Positions 21,440 through 32,094 of a DNA stretch of 64,000 bases are shown piece after piece. The translations under genes were made by a program, and so were the position numbers. The stretch's first letter is position 1. Each line of letters starts with the position of its first letter. Location: positions 1 to 64,000 of the forward strand of contig CDROCS010006770.1 of NCBI GenBank assembly GCA_977020255.1, in the 5' to 3' direction. The stretch is from Obrimoposthia wandeli (Eukaryota). Below the pieces are notes generated by a model. That model was not told where the DNA came from and ran no database searches. It saw only the letters and a program-made list of their open reading frames with translations.

Positions 21440-22558
21440 TTACTTGCGCTGTAGGAAAACCGCACTTTCTAAGTGATCCGTGTAGGGAAACTGATCAAAT
21501 ATTGCGAATCGCTTTATCTGATGAGTTTCACACAAACTCAACAAATTTAGCTGCAACGTTGCAGGGTTACAGGAAATATAAACAATGTTGTCATAGTTGG
21601 CGATTTGGGCACAGGTAGCATCATCTAAGCCTGCGCGCGGTGGATCGACAAGTACGGTACTAAAAGCATAATCACTTAAAACGATGTTCTGTTGTTTGAG
21701 GCGTCTAAACTCACGCACACCTTGTAACGCCTGTGAAAACTCCTCACTCGACATCCGCAAAATAGTCACATTATCAATATTATTCGCTTCAATATTATAT
21801 TGTGCTGAGTTGACTGAACTCTTTGAAATCTCAGTGGCTACCACATGATCAAAATTTCGGGCCAAAGGCAAACTAAAGTTGCCATTGCCGCAATAGAGCT
21901 CCACCAAATCACCACCCAGTCCGCGAGTAACATCCAGCGCCCAATGCAGCATATGCCTACACACTTGCGCATTCGGTTGGGTAAAGCTATTTTCGACTTG
22001 TTGATAAGTCATTGTACTGCCATCAATATCAAGCTGCTCCAAAACAAAATCGCGTCCTAGCGCCAACTTGGTTTTGCGCGCACGACCTATAATCTCTACG
22101 CATTGTCCTTCGCTGCTGAATTTTGCCAAGCTCTGCTGCAGCAATTGCGCACAGGCCAACCACTCTTCATCTATTACTTTGTGGTAGAGCAAGCTAATAA
22201 GTAGTTCACCACTTGTGGTACTCAAAAAATCGACTTGGAATAAACGCTCTTTCAGCAGTGGCTCACTACTAATTAAACGTAGTAATTCAAACATGTGCTG
22301 TTGAATTATTTCACTGGCCATGGGGCAGACTAATATTTTTTGGTGCTCATGTTTTTTGCCAGGCGTGAACATCACATAGTCGATTTCATCTCCATCGTGC
22401 CAAACCCGAAATTCTACTCGCATACGATAAGCGGTTTTAGGAGACGCAAACACTTCAACACTGGGCATTGAGAAAGACTGAAACTGTTCGACACTTTGAC
22501 GTGTTTTCTCAGCGAGTAACTGGTCGTATTGGTCAGGATTAACTTGGGGGAGTGACAT
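21440..22558 (-). CDS. trmA: tRNA/tmRNA (uracil-C5)-methyltransferase
   Basis: YRMRVEFRVWH, ENSFTQPN, ELYCGNGNF, DPPRAGLD and YISCNP (catalytic Cys). Start placed at MSLPQVN. Confidence 0.93.
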   Translation of the reverse strand: MSLPQVNPDQYDQLLAEKTRQSVEQFQSFSMPSVEVFASPKTAYRMRVEFRVWHDGDEIDYVMFTPGKKHEHQKILVCPMASEIIQQHMFELLRLISSEPLLKERLFQVDFLSTTSGELLISLLYHKVIDEEWLACAQLLQQSLAKFSSEGQCVEIIGRARKTKLALGRDFVLEQLDIDGSTMTYQQVENSFTQPNAQVCRHMLHWALDVTRGLGGDLVELYCGNGNFSLPLARNFDHVVATEISKSSVNSAQYNIEANNIDNVTILRMSSEEFSQALQGVREFRRLKQQNIVLSDYAFSTVLVDPPRAGLDDATCAQIANYDNIVYISCNPATLQLNLLSLCETHQIKRFAIFDQFPYTDHLESAVFLQRK

Positions 22559-22879
22559 CGATACCTCGAAAAAAAGCGGCGCAGCAATGCCGCACTGTAT
22601 TAATTTAAAGGGAAAATAAATGTATATCCTCAAGCGCTATGAATACAGCGCATCACGAATACAGTAATGTTGATAAATGTATCATCTAACCGCGAGCTAA
22701 CGTGGTAAACGGTGCAAATTTGACAGTCAATTTCCCACGCGCATTCTAGCAGGCAAGGTGCACAGGACAAAGAAATAACCTTATTCTAACGGAATAAAGC
22801 TAACATGCTAAAAGGCGCGGATTGTAAGATAAGACAAAGCGTAAACGACAAAGGGGGATCTTCCCCCTTGCGCTGGAAG

Positions 22880-23227
22880 TTACTTGGCTTTCAATGCTTG
22901 GTTAGCAAATTTAATACCTGCCCACCCAGTGGCAATAAAATTGCGGATATTCTTATGATCTTTCGCAGCAGGAGTACTGAGTACATCCTTATAAAACCGT
23001 CCAAAACACTTTAAAGTCATTTCTTCATTTAACTGCTGAAGCTTAGCAAACGAAAAAATTTTCAGTGAAGCTTCATTCTGACCGAGTGCATTTAAAAGCA
23101 CAGTACCGCCCAAACCATTTCGAAAAGAACACGCCGTATATTCATAGTTCTCACTAATCACAGCCATTGTATCTTCAAAATCTACCTTATCGTCCTTCAA
23201 GGCAGTCAAATACTGATCAATATTCAT
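22880..23227 (-). CDS. HopJ type III effector-like family small protein
   Basis: FEDTMAVI..Y.Y....F.NG, GQNEAS.KIF.FA and H.NIRNF...GW.GI.F family pattern. Confidence 0.8.
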   Translation of the reverse strand: MNIDQYLTALKDDKVDFEDTMAVISENYEYTACSFRNGLGGTVLLNALGQNEASLKIFSFAKLQQLNEEMTLKCFGRFYKDVLSTPAAKDHKNIRNFIATGWAGIKFANQALKAK

Positions 23228-23679
23228 TAAATAGTTCTCTAACGATAAATAATTCAGCGCCGATAATAGCAGCGCTAATCGATTAACTCTACGATCAATT
23301 CAATAATTCTGTCTCTTTAAAGCAACATTAACAAAAAATTAACAAATACTGATATTGTAGAGTCTGTACAAATAACATGGAGAATACGCCTTAAAGGCTT
23401 AGAACTGATAGAGATTTGATAATTTCACGTGCCAAAATAAATCTCCTAATACATCAAATTATGTCTATTAGCGCTCTGACTGTCGGCCAAATAATATTCG
23501 TAATAGTTCATTATTAAATGATAGTTTCCCCTTATGTTTAGATTATTATTCTAAAATAGTCACCACTAGCAAGCAAGGCACTCTTCGCTCATTACAATAT
23601 TTACGAATACTTAGTTCATTCATCCTTACTTTCGCGTAAAATACCGCTTTTTTGTCCAGCGATCATAAAGACGAGTCCT

Positions 23680-25731
23680 ATGTCAGAGAACACACTAGAT
23701 CATCCCCGTAAAATACTAGTCACAAGCGCCCTACCTTATGCTAATGGTGCCATCCATCTCGGCCATATGCTGGAGTACATTCAAACAGATATTTGGGTGC
23801 GCTTTCAAAAGCAGCGCGGCCATCAGTGTACTTATGTTTGCGCCGATGATACTCACGGCACGCCTATTATGCTCAAAGCCGATCAGTTAGGTATTACACC
23901 GCAGGAGTTGATCGACAAGAGTAGTGAAGAGCACCAGCGCGACTTCAAAGCATTTATGGTCGGGTTTGATAACTTCTACTCTACACATTCGCCAGAGAAT
24001 CGTGAATTCTCTTCTATGATTTACACTCGCTTGCGAGACGCAGGTCACATCACCAAAAAGACAATTACCCAAGCGTACGACCCTGAACGTGAAATGTTTC
24101 TCCCCGACCGCTTTGTCAAAGGAGACTGCCCTAAGTGTAACGCACAAGATCAGTACGGCGACTCATGCGAAAGTTGTGGCGCTACATACAACCCGGTAGA
24201 TATGAAAAATGCCTATTCGGCAATTTCTGGTGCCAAGCCTGTCGAGCGTGACTCCGAGCACTACTTCTTCCAGCTGGGTGATTTTGAAGACTTCTTACGC
24301 AAATGGGTCGACGATCACGTACAAGTACAAATGGTACAAAAACTTAACGAGTGGTTTGAGTCCGGTTTGCAAAACTGGGACATTTCTCGTGACGCTCCCT
24401 ATTGGGGTTTTGAAATACCGGATGCCCCAGGCAAATACTTTTATGTGTGGTTAGATGCCCCGGTTGGCTATATGGCGAGCTTTAAAAATTGGTGCGATAA
24501 AAACGATGCCGATTTCGATGAGTACTGGAAACGCGATTCAGGTGCTGAGCTCTACCACTTCATTGGTAAAGACATTGCTTATTTCCATACATTGTTCTGG
24601 CCTGCAATGTTAGAAGGTGCTGGATTTCGCAAACCTAATGGTGTTTTCTGTCACGGATTTCTGACAGTCGATGGCAAGAAGATGTCGAAATCTCGCGGCA
24701 CATTCATCATGGCAGATACATACCTCAAGCACTTACGCCCTGAATACTTACGATATTACTTCGCTTCAAAACTCAGTTCTGGTATCGATGACATTGATTT
24801 GAGCTTTGAAGATTTCAGATTGCGCGTCAATGCTGATCTGGTTAATAAAGTCGTGAATATTGCCTCGCGCTGTGCAGGTTTTATCCACAAGAAATTTGAT
24901 GGCCAGTTATCAGCCTCTTTGAGCGAACCCGCCCTGTACCAGGAAGCGATCGCACAGAGCGAAAACATTGCCACTTTTTATGAAGGGCGAGAATATGGCC
25001 GAGCGATGCGTGAAATTATGGCGATCGCCGATAAAGCCAACCAGTACATTGATAATGCCGAGCCTTGGGTATTAGCAAAACGTGAGGGTTCTGAGCAAGC
25101 TGTGCAGGACTGCTGTAGCATGGGAATCAACTTGTTCCGCGTTATTTGCTCATACCTCGCGCCAGTACTACCAAAGGTAGCTGAAGATGTGCAGGCTTTC
25201 CTCAATTTGGAATCAATGAACTGGAGTGACATTGAAAAGCCGTTACTCAGTCATAAAATCAACAAGTTTAAAGCGCTAATGCAGCGTGTTGAAGAAGACA
25301 AATTGACGGCTATTATTGAAGACAGTAAACAGGACTTAGCGGCAGCAGCAGCGATAGCAAAACCTGCTGTACAAAAAAGTGAATTAGCTAAAGAGCCCGT
25401 GTCGGATACTATCGAATTTGCCGATTTTGCTAAGATCGATTTACGTGTTGTCAAAATAATCAAAGCAGAAACGGTCAAAGGCGCGGATAAACTACTGCAA
25501 TTGACCCTCGATTTAGGCGATGAGCAGCGCAATGTATTCGCCGGTATCAAATCAGCTTATAAGCCAGAAGACTTGGAAGGTAAGTTAACAGTGATGGTCG
25601 CTAACTTGGCTGCCCGTAAAATGAAATTCGGCGTTTCTGAAGGCATGGTATTAGCAGCCGGGCCTGGCGGTGAAGACATTTGGATTCTTGAGCCTCATCA
25701 AGGAGCTCAGCCGGGTATGCGTATCAAGTAA
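23680..25731 (+). CDS. metG: Methionine--tRNA ligase
   Basis: HLGH and KMSKS motifs, zinc knuckle CPKC...CESC and a C-terminal tRNA-binding domain. Confidence 0.97.
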   Translation: MSENTLDHPRKILVTSALPYANGAIHLGHMLEYIQTDIWVRFQKQRGHQCTYVCADDTHGTPIMLKADQLGITPQELIDKSSEEHQRDFKAFMVGFDNFYSTHSPENREFSSMIYTRLRDAGHITKKTITQAYDPEREMFLPDRFVKGDCPKCNAQDQYGDSCESCGATYNPVDMKNAYSAISGAKPVERDSEHYFFQLGDFEDFLRKWVDDHVQVQMVQKLNEWFESGLQNWDISRDAPYWGFEIPDAPGKYFYVWLDAPVGYMASFKNWCDKNDADFDEYWKRDSGAELYHFIGKDIAYFHTLFWPAMLEGAGFRKPNGVFCHGFLTVDGKKMSKSRGTFIMADTYLKHLRPEYLRYYFASKLSSGIDDIDLSFEDFRLRVNADLVNKVVNIASRCAGFIHKKFDGQLSASLSEPALYQEAIAQSENIATFYEGREYGRAMREIMAIADKANQYIDNAEPWVLAKREGSEQAVQDCCSMGINLFRVICSYLAPVLPKVAEDVQAFLNLESMNWSDIEKPLLSHKINKFKALMQRVEEDKLTAIIEDSKQDLAAAAAIAKPAVQKSELAKEPVSDTIEFADFAKIDLRVVKIIKAETVKGADKLLQLTLDLGDEQRNVFAGIKSAYKPEDLEGKLTVMVANLAARKMKFGVSEGMVLAAGPGGEDIWILEPHQGAQPGMRIK

Positions 25732-25745
25732 AGCGCTCCCACAAT

Positions 25746-25770
25746 AAAAAAGCGCCAGTGGCGCTTTTTT
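25746..25770. terminator. Bidirectional intrinsic terminator
   Basis: aaaaaagcgcca-g-tggcgctttttt between the convergent metG and ABC ATPase genes. Confidence 0.85.
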
Positions 25771-25850
25771 ATTATCTGCTGAAAAGTAAACTCCTACACA
25801 AAACAAACACTTCGTTTTATACACTCACTCCTCAGACAACAGCTGCTTAG

Positions 25851-26621
25851 TTAAGCCAATTGCGCATCAATATAGAACTGACCTCGCGTCGTTGTCTCTA
25901 AAAACGCCTGCACTTTATATACATCTCCTAGTAAGCTCTGGGATAACACTTGCTGCGGATCTCCCTGTGACTTTATTTGGCCCTCACTAAGTAACAGTAT
26001 TTGGTCACAAAATTTTGCCGCTAAATTAACATCGTGTAACGCGGCAATAGTAATGATTTTTTCACTGCGGCTAAACTCCTTGATGATATCGAGAATAGCC
26101 AACTGATGGTGCAAATCTAACGCACTGGTCGGCTCATCAAGCAAAATAACCTGTGGTTTTAATACTAATACCCGAGCAATCGAGACCAATTGCCTCTGTC
26201 CCCCGCTAAGCTGGCAAATATCTCGGTCGGCCAAATATGCTATCGACAATAACGCTAAGACTTGCTCCACATTTTCCAAGTCAGCGCTAGTTACACGCCA
26301 GCGCCCAGACTGCTTCAATGCTAATAGTATCGACTCGAACACGGATAACGCGATATTGGCGTGGAACGTTTGGGGTAAATAAGCGATCTTAGCGTTACGC
26401 TGACGCGCTGATAAGCTCAACAAATCAAAGCCGTGTAACTCAATCGCGCTACAGTCCGTTTTGAGCAACCCAGCTATCGCTTTAAAAAGTGTTGATTTAC
26501 CCGCTGCATTGGGCCCCAATAACGCGGTAAAAGATCCCGCTGTTAAGGGCGCTATGTCGATCCCTTTAAGGATCTGCTGCTGCCCATAACTAACTCTCAG
26601 TCCTTTGACGATTAAACTCAT
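25851..26621 (-). CDS. Fe-siderophore/cobalamin-type ABC transporter ATPase
   Basis: GPNAAGKST, LSGGQRQ, LLDEPTSALD and LHDVNLA motifs. Confidence 0.9.
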   Translation of the reverse strand: MSLIVKGLRVSYGQQQILKGIDIAPLTAGSFTALLGPNAAGKSTLFKAIAGLLKTDCSAIELHGFDLLSLSARQRNAKIAYLPQTFHANIALSVFESILLALKQSGRWRVTSADLENVEQVLALLSIAYLADRDICQLSGGQRQLVSIARVLVLKPQVILLDEPTSALDLHHQLAILDIIKEFSRSEKIITIAALHDVNLAAKFCDQILLLSEGQIKSQGDPQQVLSQSLLGDVYKVQAFLETTTRGQFYIDAQLA

Positions 26622-27718
26622 TGTTGACGCTCCCTAGCATGGCTGAGGATAATAGACAAAAATACCGGCACCCCAATAAGGGCAGTAATGATTCCGATGG
26701 GATAAATGATACCTGGGGTAATACTCTTGCTGACAATAGAGGTTAAACTCAACATCAATGCCCCCATCAAGGCGGATAATGGAATAAAAAACCGCTGATC
26801 CTCACCCACTAATAATCGTGCTATATGTGGCCCTACCAATCCGACAAATCCTATTGCGCCGACAAAGGCGACGGCAGTGGCCGCTAAGATTGATATACAT
26901 AAGAGTATCTCTATACGTAGCCGCTTAATGTCAACTCCCATGCTTTGTGCACTCTCCTCACCTAGGCGAAGTGCAGTTAGTCGCCATGTTCTAGACATAC
27001 AAAAGGGAATGGTGATAGCGAGCAGTAAGGTAGCTGCTGACAATTGCACCCAACTAGCACGACCTAAGGAGCCCATCATCCAAAATACAATACGCTGCAA
27101 CTGTGTTTCTGATGCGGAGTACTGCATCATTGCCAACAGCGCATTAAAAGCAAAGAATATCGCAATGCCGAACAAAATCACCGCCTGAGTGCCCACTCCT
27201 TTTAACCGAGTCGCCGCCAACAAAATAGCGCAAGTAGCCAGTGCAAACAGGAAAGCATTAAGTGTCACTAATGTCGCCCCGACATTGGGTAACAAGCCAA
27301 TTCCTGTAACAATAGCCAATGCTGCTCCAAAACTTGCCGCCGAGGAGACGCCTAAGGTAAAAGGCTCTGCCAACGGATTGTTGAGCAATGTTTGCATCAT
27401 CGCCCCTGATAACCCGAGCATCGCGCCAACGATCACTGCCGTTGCCGCGACGGGCATGCGGTAGTCCCAAATAATCACTTCTAGCTTTACCCCATGAGCG
27501 GTTCTATCCCAGAGAACCTGCAACACTGTCTGTAATGAAAAGTTACCAGGGCCCACCGCCACATCCAACATAACGCTCAGCGCCAGTAATACAGTCATGG
27601 CCAATAGTAGACGGACTTTCTTGTTATTGCGTTGCTTATAGGTCGCTTGGCTTGATACATGCGTGCTAATTTGATGATAGGTCGCTTGAAATTCAGCAAT
27701 GTGAGTTCGTGTATTCAT
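26618..27718 (-). CDS. FecCD/BtuC-family ABC permease
   Basis: QTLLNNPLAEPFTLGVSSAA and GAIGFVGLVGPHIAR motifs. Confidence 0.9.
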   Translation of the reverse strand: MNTRTHIAEFQATYHQISTHVSSQATYKQRNNKKVRLLLAMTVLLALSVMLDVAVGPGNFSLQTVLQVLWDRTAHGVKLEVIIWDYRMPVAATAVIVGAMLGLSGAMMQTLLNNPLAEPFTLGVSSAASFGAALAIVTGIGLLPNVGATLVTLNAFLFALATCAILLAATRLKGVGTQAVILFGIAIFFAFNALLAMMQYSASETQLQRIVFWMMGSLGRASWVQLSAATLLLAITIPFCMSRTWRLTALRLGEESAQSMGVDIKRLRIEILLCISILAATAVAFVGAIGFVGLVGPHIARLLVGEDQRFFIPLSALMGALMLSLTSIVSKSITPGIIYPIGIITALIGVPVFLSIILSHARERQQ

Positions 27719-27832
27719 CTTTTTTTCTCGCTCTACTAGGCACTCACTGACTTATCATGAGTACCTAGCTTAATGACGTCGCTAATGGATCAAAATGCTC
27801 AGGTTTTACCAGAAGCACCTAAACCTGCTTCA

Positions 27833-29005
27833 CTACTTCTTTAATTTGCTCCAAAAAACACCTGAATAATCTATAGGTAAGAATTCGTCGTGTAGTGCTT
27901 TAAAGTTAGCTTGAGGATCTAAATCTTTAAATTCATCGGGATAAAACCACTTGGCAAATACTTGCAAGGCAATAAAGTGATAGGGGCTGTTATAGAACTG
28001 ATGATAAATAGAGTAAAACTCATCGTTTTTAACCGCTTTTAATTCAGTCCATCCTTTTCGTTGTGACAAGACTTGCAGACGCTGCTGCGCAAGCGCTTCA
28101 CTGGCCTCATAACCAAAGAGAACAGCCTGTGTATTCGGCTTAGTTTCAGCCCAGTTAGCGCCAGTGCCTATGATGATATCGGGATCATCGCTAAAAATAG
28201 CCTCGGGATTTACCTTGCCAGAAAAACCTGGGAATTTGCGACTGCCCCAGTTAATGCCACCGGCCTCATCAACTAAACGCCCTAAGTTTGCAGCACCAAA
28301 AGTACTGCAGCACTTATCCGGGTTATACCCTGCTGCTTTCTCAATAAACACCATTGGCCGCTGCTCAACGCTTTTTCCCGTCACAACACGACTGACAACC
28401 CGCATTTGCGAGATGTAGTAATCGACAAATTTTTCTGCTTGCGCGCGACGATTGAGCACCTTGCCAAGTAAAAGCATACTGCTCACTGTGTTCTGAGTTG
28501 GCCGCTGGCGAAAATCGACAAAGACCACGGCGACACCCGCTTTTTGTAATTTTTCAAGTAGACCACTCTCTTGTGCTTTGAGTAAGTTACCTAAATTCAA
28601 AATCATCAAATCGGTATCTAAAGTAATAATTTTTTCTAAACTAAAATCGCCCGAGTAAGGGCTACCTAAATTGGCGATATCGACAACACTGGGAAAAGCG
28701 GCCTTATACTTGCGATAGGCATCTGGGTCGTACTTTATTAAATCATCCTTCCAGCCAACGACTCGGGCCAAGGGCGCTTTTTTGTCCAACAGCGCAAGCG
28801 AGTAAATAAGGCGGCCCTCGCCGAGCACTATGTGTTCAATTTTTTCCGGATCAAGTGCAACCTTGCGCCCTGCTATATCGGTTACTTCTATCGGCTGGGC
28901 TAACAAACTGCTCGCCATAAACAGTGCGAATAGTGCACCCGTGGTTTTACTTATCAATACGCCGCTGCGCTTATTTACCTTTAAACCATGCCATTGTGAC
29001 AACAC
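27833..29005 (-). CDS. Periplasmic substrate-binding protein, iron-complex (class III) type
   Basis: Signal peptide, VTDIAGRKV, NPEAIFSDDPDIII and LKAVKNDEFY. GTG start follows SD gaggag. Confidence 0.88.
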   Translation of the reverse strand: MLSQWHGLKVNKRSGVLISKTTGALFALFMASSLLAQPIEVTDIAGRKVALDPEKIEHIVLGEGRLIYSLALLDKKAPLARVVGWKDDLIKYDPDAYRKYKAAFPSVVDIANLGSPYSGDFSLEKIITLDTDLMILNLGNLLKAQESGLLEKLQKAGVAVVFVDFRQRPTQNTVSSMLLLGKVLNRRAQAEKFVDYYISQMRVVSRVVTGKSVEQRPMVFIEKAAGYNPDKCCSTFGAANLGRLVDEAGGINWGSRKFPGFSGKVNPEAIFSDDPDIIIGTGANWAETKPNTQAVLFGYEASEALAQQRLQVLSQRKGWTELKAVKNDEFYSIYHQFYNSPYHFIALQVFAKWFYPDEFKDLDPQANFKALHDEFLPIDYSGVFWSKLKK

Positions 29006-29064
29006 TTTATAACTCCTCTATTAGCTTTCGAAAGAGGTAGGTTACAATGAAACAATACGCATGT

Positions 29065-29097
29065 AAATCTAAATAAAAATCACTATTATTTAGATTT
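29065..29097. promoter_or_regulatory. Probable Fur box inside a perfect 12-bp inverted repeat
   Basis: aaatctaaataa-aaatcacta-ttatttagattt. The core AAATAAAAATCACTATTATTT matches the extended Fur pattern AAATGAGAATCATTATCATTT at 17 of 21 positions. Confidence 0.65.
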
Positions 29098-29175
29098 GAA
29101 TAATTTTCTGCTTTTCTGATTGTTGTCAGCACAGATCTAAGGGATGATATTGCCTTTGGCATATGATTGAGAACA

Positions 29176-29814
29176 ATGAACGCTTTTACTGCAGATGAGA
29201 GTGCTGTGTTAGCACAAATAATTAAGCAACGTCGTGATGTTCGCGGGAATCGCTTTAGTGATCAAATCATTGAGCAAGCAACTCTAGACACCCTTTTAGA
29301 AGCGGCTTTGTCGGCGCCTTCCGTAGGATTTTCTCAACCTTGGCAATTCGTCACTATTCGCAACACCACAACTAAAAACGCGATAAAGCAAAGCTTTGAT
29401 AAGGCGAGTAACCATGCCAAAAAGTCTTTTACTGCGGATAAACAAACCGAATATGAACGCTTAAAGCTGGAGGGAATCATTGAAGCTCCCATTAACATTG
29501 CTGTCTTCTACAATCCCAGTGATGCTCCAGTACTGGGCCAGAACAGCATGCCGAAAACAGGTGAATACAGCGTAGTTTGCGCCATTCAGAATATGTGGCT
29601 TATGGCCAGAGCACTCAATATTGGTCTTGGCTGGATCAGTATTATCGATCCCGAGGAAGTGAAAACAATATTAAACGCGCCAAAAAAATCGGAATTAGTC
29701 GCCTATCTATGCCTGGGCTATGTCGATTACTTTAACAGTCAGCCAGAATTGGAACAGCGTCAGTGGGCCAAGCGCAAAGATAAATCCGAAGTATTATTTG
29801 ACGAACACTTCTAA
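29176..29814 (+). CDS. bluB: 5,6-dimethylbenzimidazole synthase
   Basis: RRDVRGNRF, APSVGFSQPW, LKLEGIIEAP and YSVVCAIQNMWLMARALNIGLGW motifs. Confidence 0.88.
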   Translation: MNAFTADESAVLAQIIKQRRDVRGNRFSDQIIEQATLDTLLEAALSAPSVGFSQPWQFVTIRNTTTKNAIKQSFDKASNHAKKSFTADKQTEYERLKLEGIIEAPINIAVFYNPSDAPVLGQNSMPKTGEYSVVCAIQNMWLMARALNIGLGWISIIDPEEVKTILNAPKKSELVAYLCLGYVDYFNSQPELEQRQWAKRKDKSEVLFDEHF

Positions 29815-30059
29815 CGCACACTTGGCCTGAACGTGGTTAAATCCACATCCTGATCAGCGCTAACCGTTCGACGTTCCAAGTAGAGCATTGCTAGTTCTTG
29901 CCATTCATAGACCACGCAAGTTGTTATTTCTAGGAGATTGTTTTGTGGAGTGATAGGTATATAAAAACACACAGACCAGTGCTCTACTTGAGCGTTTAAA
30001 TTCCATTGCTGTTTTGCTGCATCAATAGTGGGTTGATCGATAAAAGTAATTTTTTGCAC
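29811..30059 (-). CDS. Hypothetical protein (82 aa)
   Basis: ORF fills the gap between bluB and the next gene, with a 4-nt convergent stop overlap. No recognisable motif. Confidence 0.4.
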   Translation of the reverse strand: MQKITFIDQPTIDAAKQQWNLNAQVEHWSVCFYIPITPQNNLLEITTCVVYEWQELAMLYLERRTVSADQDVDLTTFRPSVR

Positions 30060-30168
30060 TATACTCGCTCAAAGTTAATTGTATTCAACGACTTGCTATT
30101 CAAGCATTTTAAGATCCTTTATACTGCGCCACTTGTCAAACATTAAGGCCTTGAGCCAGCAGCCCTAT

Positions 30169-32046
30169 ATGATAGTTAAAACACAGATCGCACTCTTTCC
30201 ACTCTACAGTAAAATACTGATTCTTTTGTTACTGCTTTCAAGTGGCTTGCGAGCGGTGTTTTACCTTTATAACAGTGATTATTTTAGCGGTGTCAGTGCT
30301 TTGGATCTATTGCTAGCATTTGTTCACGGTATACGTTTTGACGCTTCTGTGGCGGCTTTACTGCTCGCTGTTTGGCTACTGATAGCCATGCCGCTCTACC
30401 TATTTAAATGGACACGAGCGCTACGCTACACTGGATATTACTATCTTCCTTTGTTACCTATCATCTTAATAGCAACCAATGTGGCCGACAGCCTCTATTT
30501 CCCCTTCACTGGACGTCGCTCTGGCGCGGAGGTAATGGCCTTTAGCCAAGATATCTCCAATCAGGGGCTGCAGTTAGTACAACAATATTGGCTCAGTGCT
30601 TTGATCAGCACACTCATCACAATCGCTATATCCGTATATACATTTAAGCTGGTACGACAAGCGAAGACAACCAACACTAAGTGGTACTTCAGGGTATGGC
30701 TTTGCCTTGTTCTGGTCATATTCTCAGCGCTTACCATTCGTAGTTCGCTAGGTACTAAGCCCCTTAAACCTCTCAATGCTTTTAACTGGCCGAGCCCGGA
30801 CACGGGTCATTTGGTACTAAACTCTACCTTTACCTTACTGCGTCAAGATACTACTCAACTAGAGCCTTTGAATTTTTTCAACTCTGATACAGCAGCAAAA
30901 CAACTGATCGATCAAAATTACGCACCGCACGGCTCAATCAGTACTATCCGTAAGGATAATGTCGTTATATTGATTTTAGAAAGCTTTGCTTTAGAGTATT
31001 TAACACCGAATAATGGGGCAAAAGGCTATGCCCCTTTTCTGCAGGATCTATCCACAAAAAGTCTGTATTTTAGCCAGGCATACGCGAATGGTCGCCGCTC
31101 AATAGATGCCCTACCCTCAGTACTGGCAAGTTTACCGCCATTGATGAAAGAGCCTTTTATCACTTCTGCCTACCTAGGCGTTAAAGTTGAAGGTGTGGCC
31201 AATGTGTTAGGTGATAGAGGTTACGATTCTTGGTTTTTTCACGGTGCCAGTAACGGCAGCATGTACATTGACACTATGTCGAAGCGCTTCGGTTTTAATA
31301 ACTTTGTCGGTTTAAATGAATATCCAACTGGCAAAGATTTTGATGGAAGCTGGGGAGTGTTCGATGAACCATTTCTAGGTTTTATGGCCACTAAATTAAA
31401 TTCCCTGAAACAACCTTTTATCGCGGGTGCTTTCACTCTAAGTTCACACAATCCCTACCCGGTACCCAATAAATTTAAAGATAAATTCACCGTCGGCAGT
31501 CTCCCTATACACCGCTCAATTGGCTATACCGATTACGCACTTCAACAATTTTTTGATCAAGCAAAAAAAATGCCTTGGTACAACAATACCTTGTTTGTCA
31601 TTACCGCTGATCATACATCTATCAGTGATAACCCTGTTTTTCAAAATGCACTGGGCCGGCATCGCGTACCTATTTTATTCTATAGCCCCAATGGGAATAT
31701 CGCGCCACAATTCAGCGAAAAAATAGCACAGCAAACCGACATCGGAGCTACTATTTTAGATTATTTAGGGTTGAGTAAGGTTGCAGAGGACCGCTTAATG
31801 CCCTTTGGTAAAAGTCTGCTTAGAAAAAATGAAGGGGAGGCATTTTTCACGGAATCAGGGCGCTATGTTCTAGTAAATAAAGAAGCCAGCATGAGTGCAA
31901 ACAGCGATTTTAGCCAACTTACTTTTTCTCTAAACAAAGAAAGTAATGCCGACCCCTTGGAGCAAAAGCGTATTATGCTGCTGCGCTTAAAAGCCAAAGT
32001 ACAACTGCACAACAACGGCATGATAGGCAATAGTTTCTACCAATAG
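30169..32046 (+). CDS. LTA synthase family / sulfatase-like membrane phosphotransferase
   Basis: N-terminal TM block, then VILILESF, ANGRRSIDAL, HGASNGSM, FTLSSHNPY and VITADH. The ATG at 30169 is preferred. Confidence 0.85.
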   Translation: MIVKTQIALFPLYSKILILLLLLSSGLRAVFYLYNSDYFSGVSALDLLLAFVHGIRFDASVAALLLAVWLLIAMPLYLFKWTRALRYTGYYYLPLLPIILIATNVADSLYFPFTGRRSGAEVMAFSQDISNQGLQLVQQYWLSALISTLITIAISVYTFKLVRQAKTTNTKWYFRVWLCLVLVIFSALTIRSSLGTKPLKPLNAFNWPSPDTGHLVLNSTFTLLRQDTTQLEPLNFFNSDTAAKQLIDQNYAPHGSISTIRKDNVVILILESFALEYLTPNNGAKGYAPFLQDLSTKSLYFSQAYANGRRSIDALPSVLASLPPLMKEPFITSAYLGVKVEGVANVLGDRGYDSWFFHGASNGSMYIDTMSKRFGFNNFVGLNEYPTGKDFDGSWGVFDEPFLGFMATKLNSLKQPFIAGAFTLSSHNPYPVPNKFKDKFTVGSLPIHRSIGYTDYALQQFFDQAKKMPWYNNTLFVITADHTSISDNPVFQNALGRHRVPILFYSPNGNIAPQFSEKIAQQTDIGATILDYLGLSKVAEDRLMPFGKSLLRKNEGEAFFTESGRYVLVNKEASMSANSDFSQLTFSLNKESNADPLEQKRIMLLRLKAKVQLHNNGMIGNSFYQ

Positions 32047-32094
32047 TAACTGCCAAAGGAGAAGCATTAAGTTTCTAGCTTGCTGGTACTAAAT

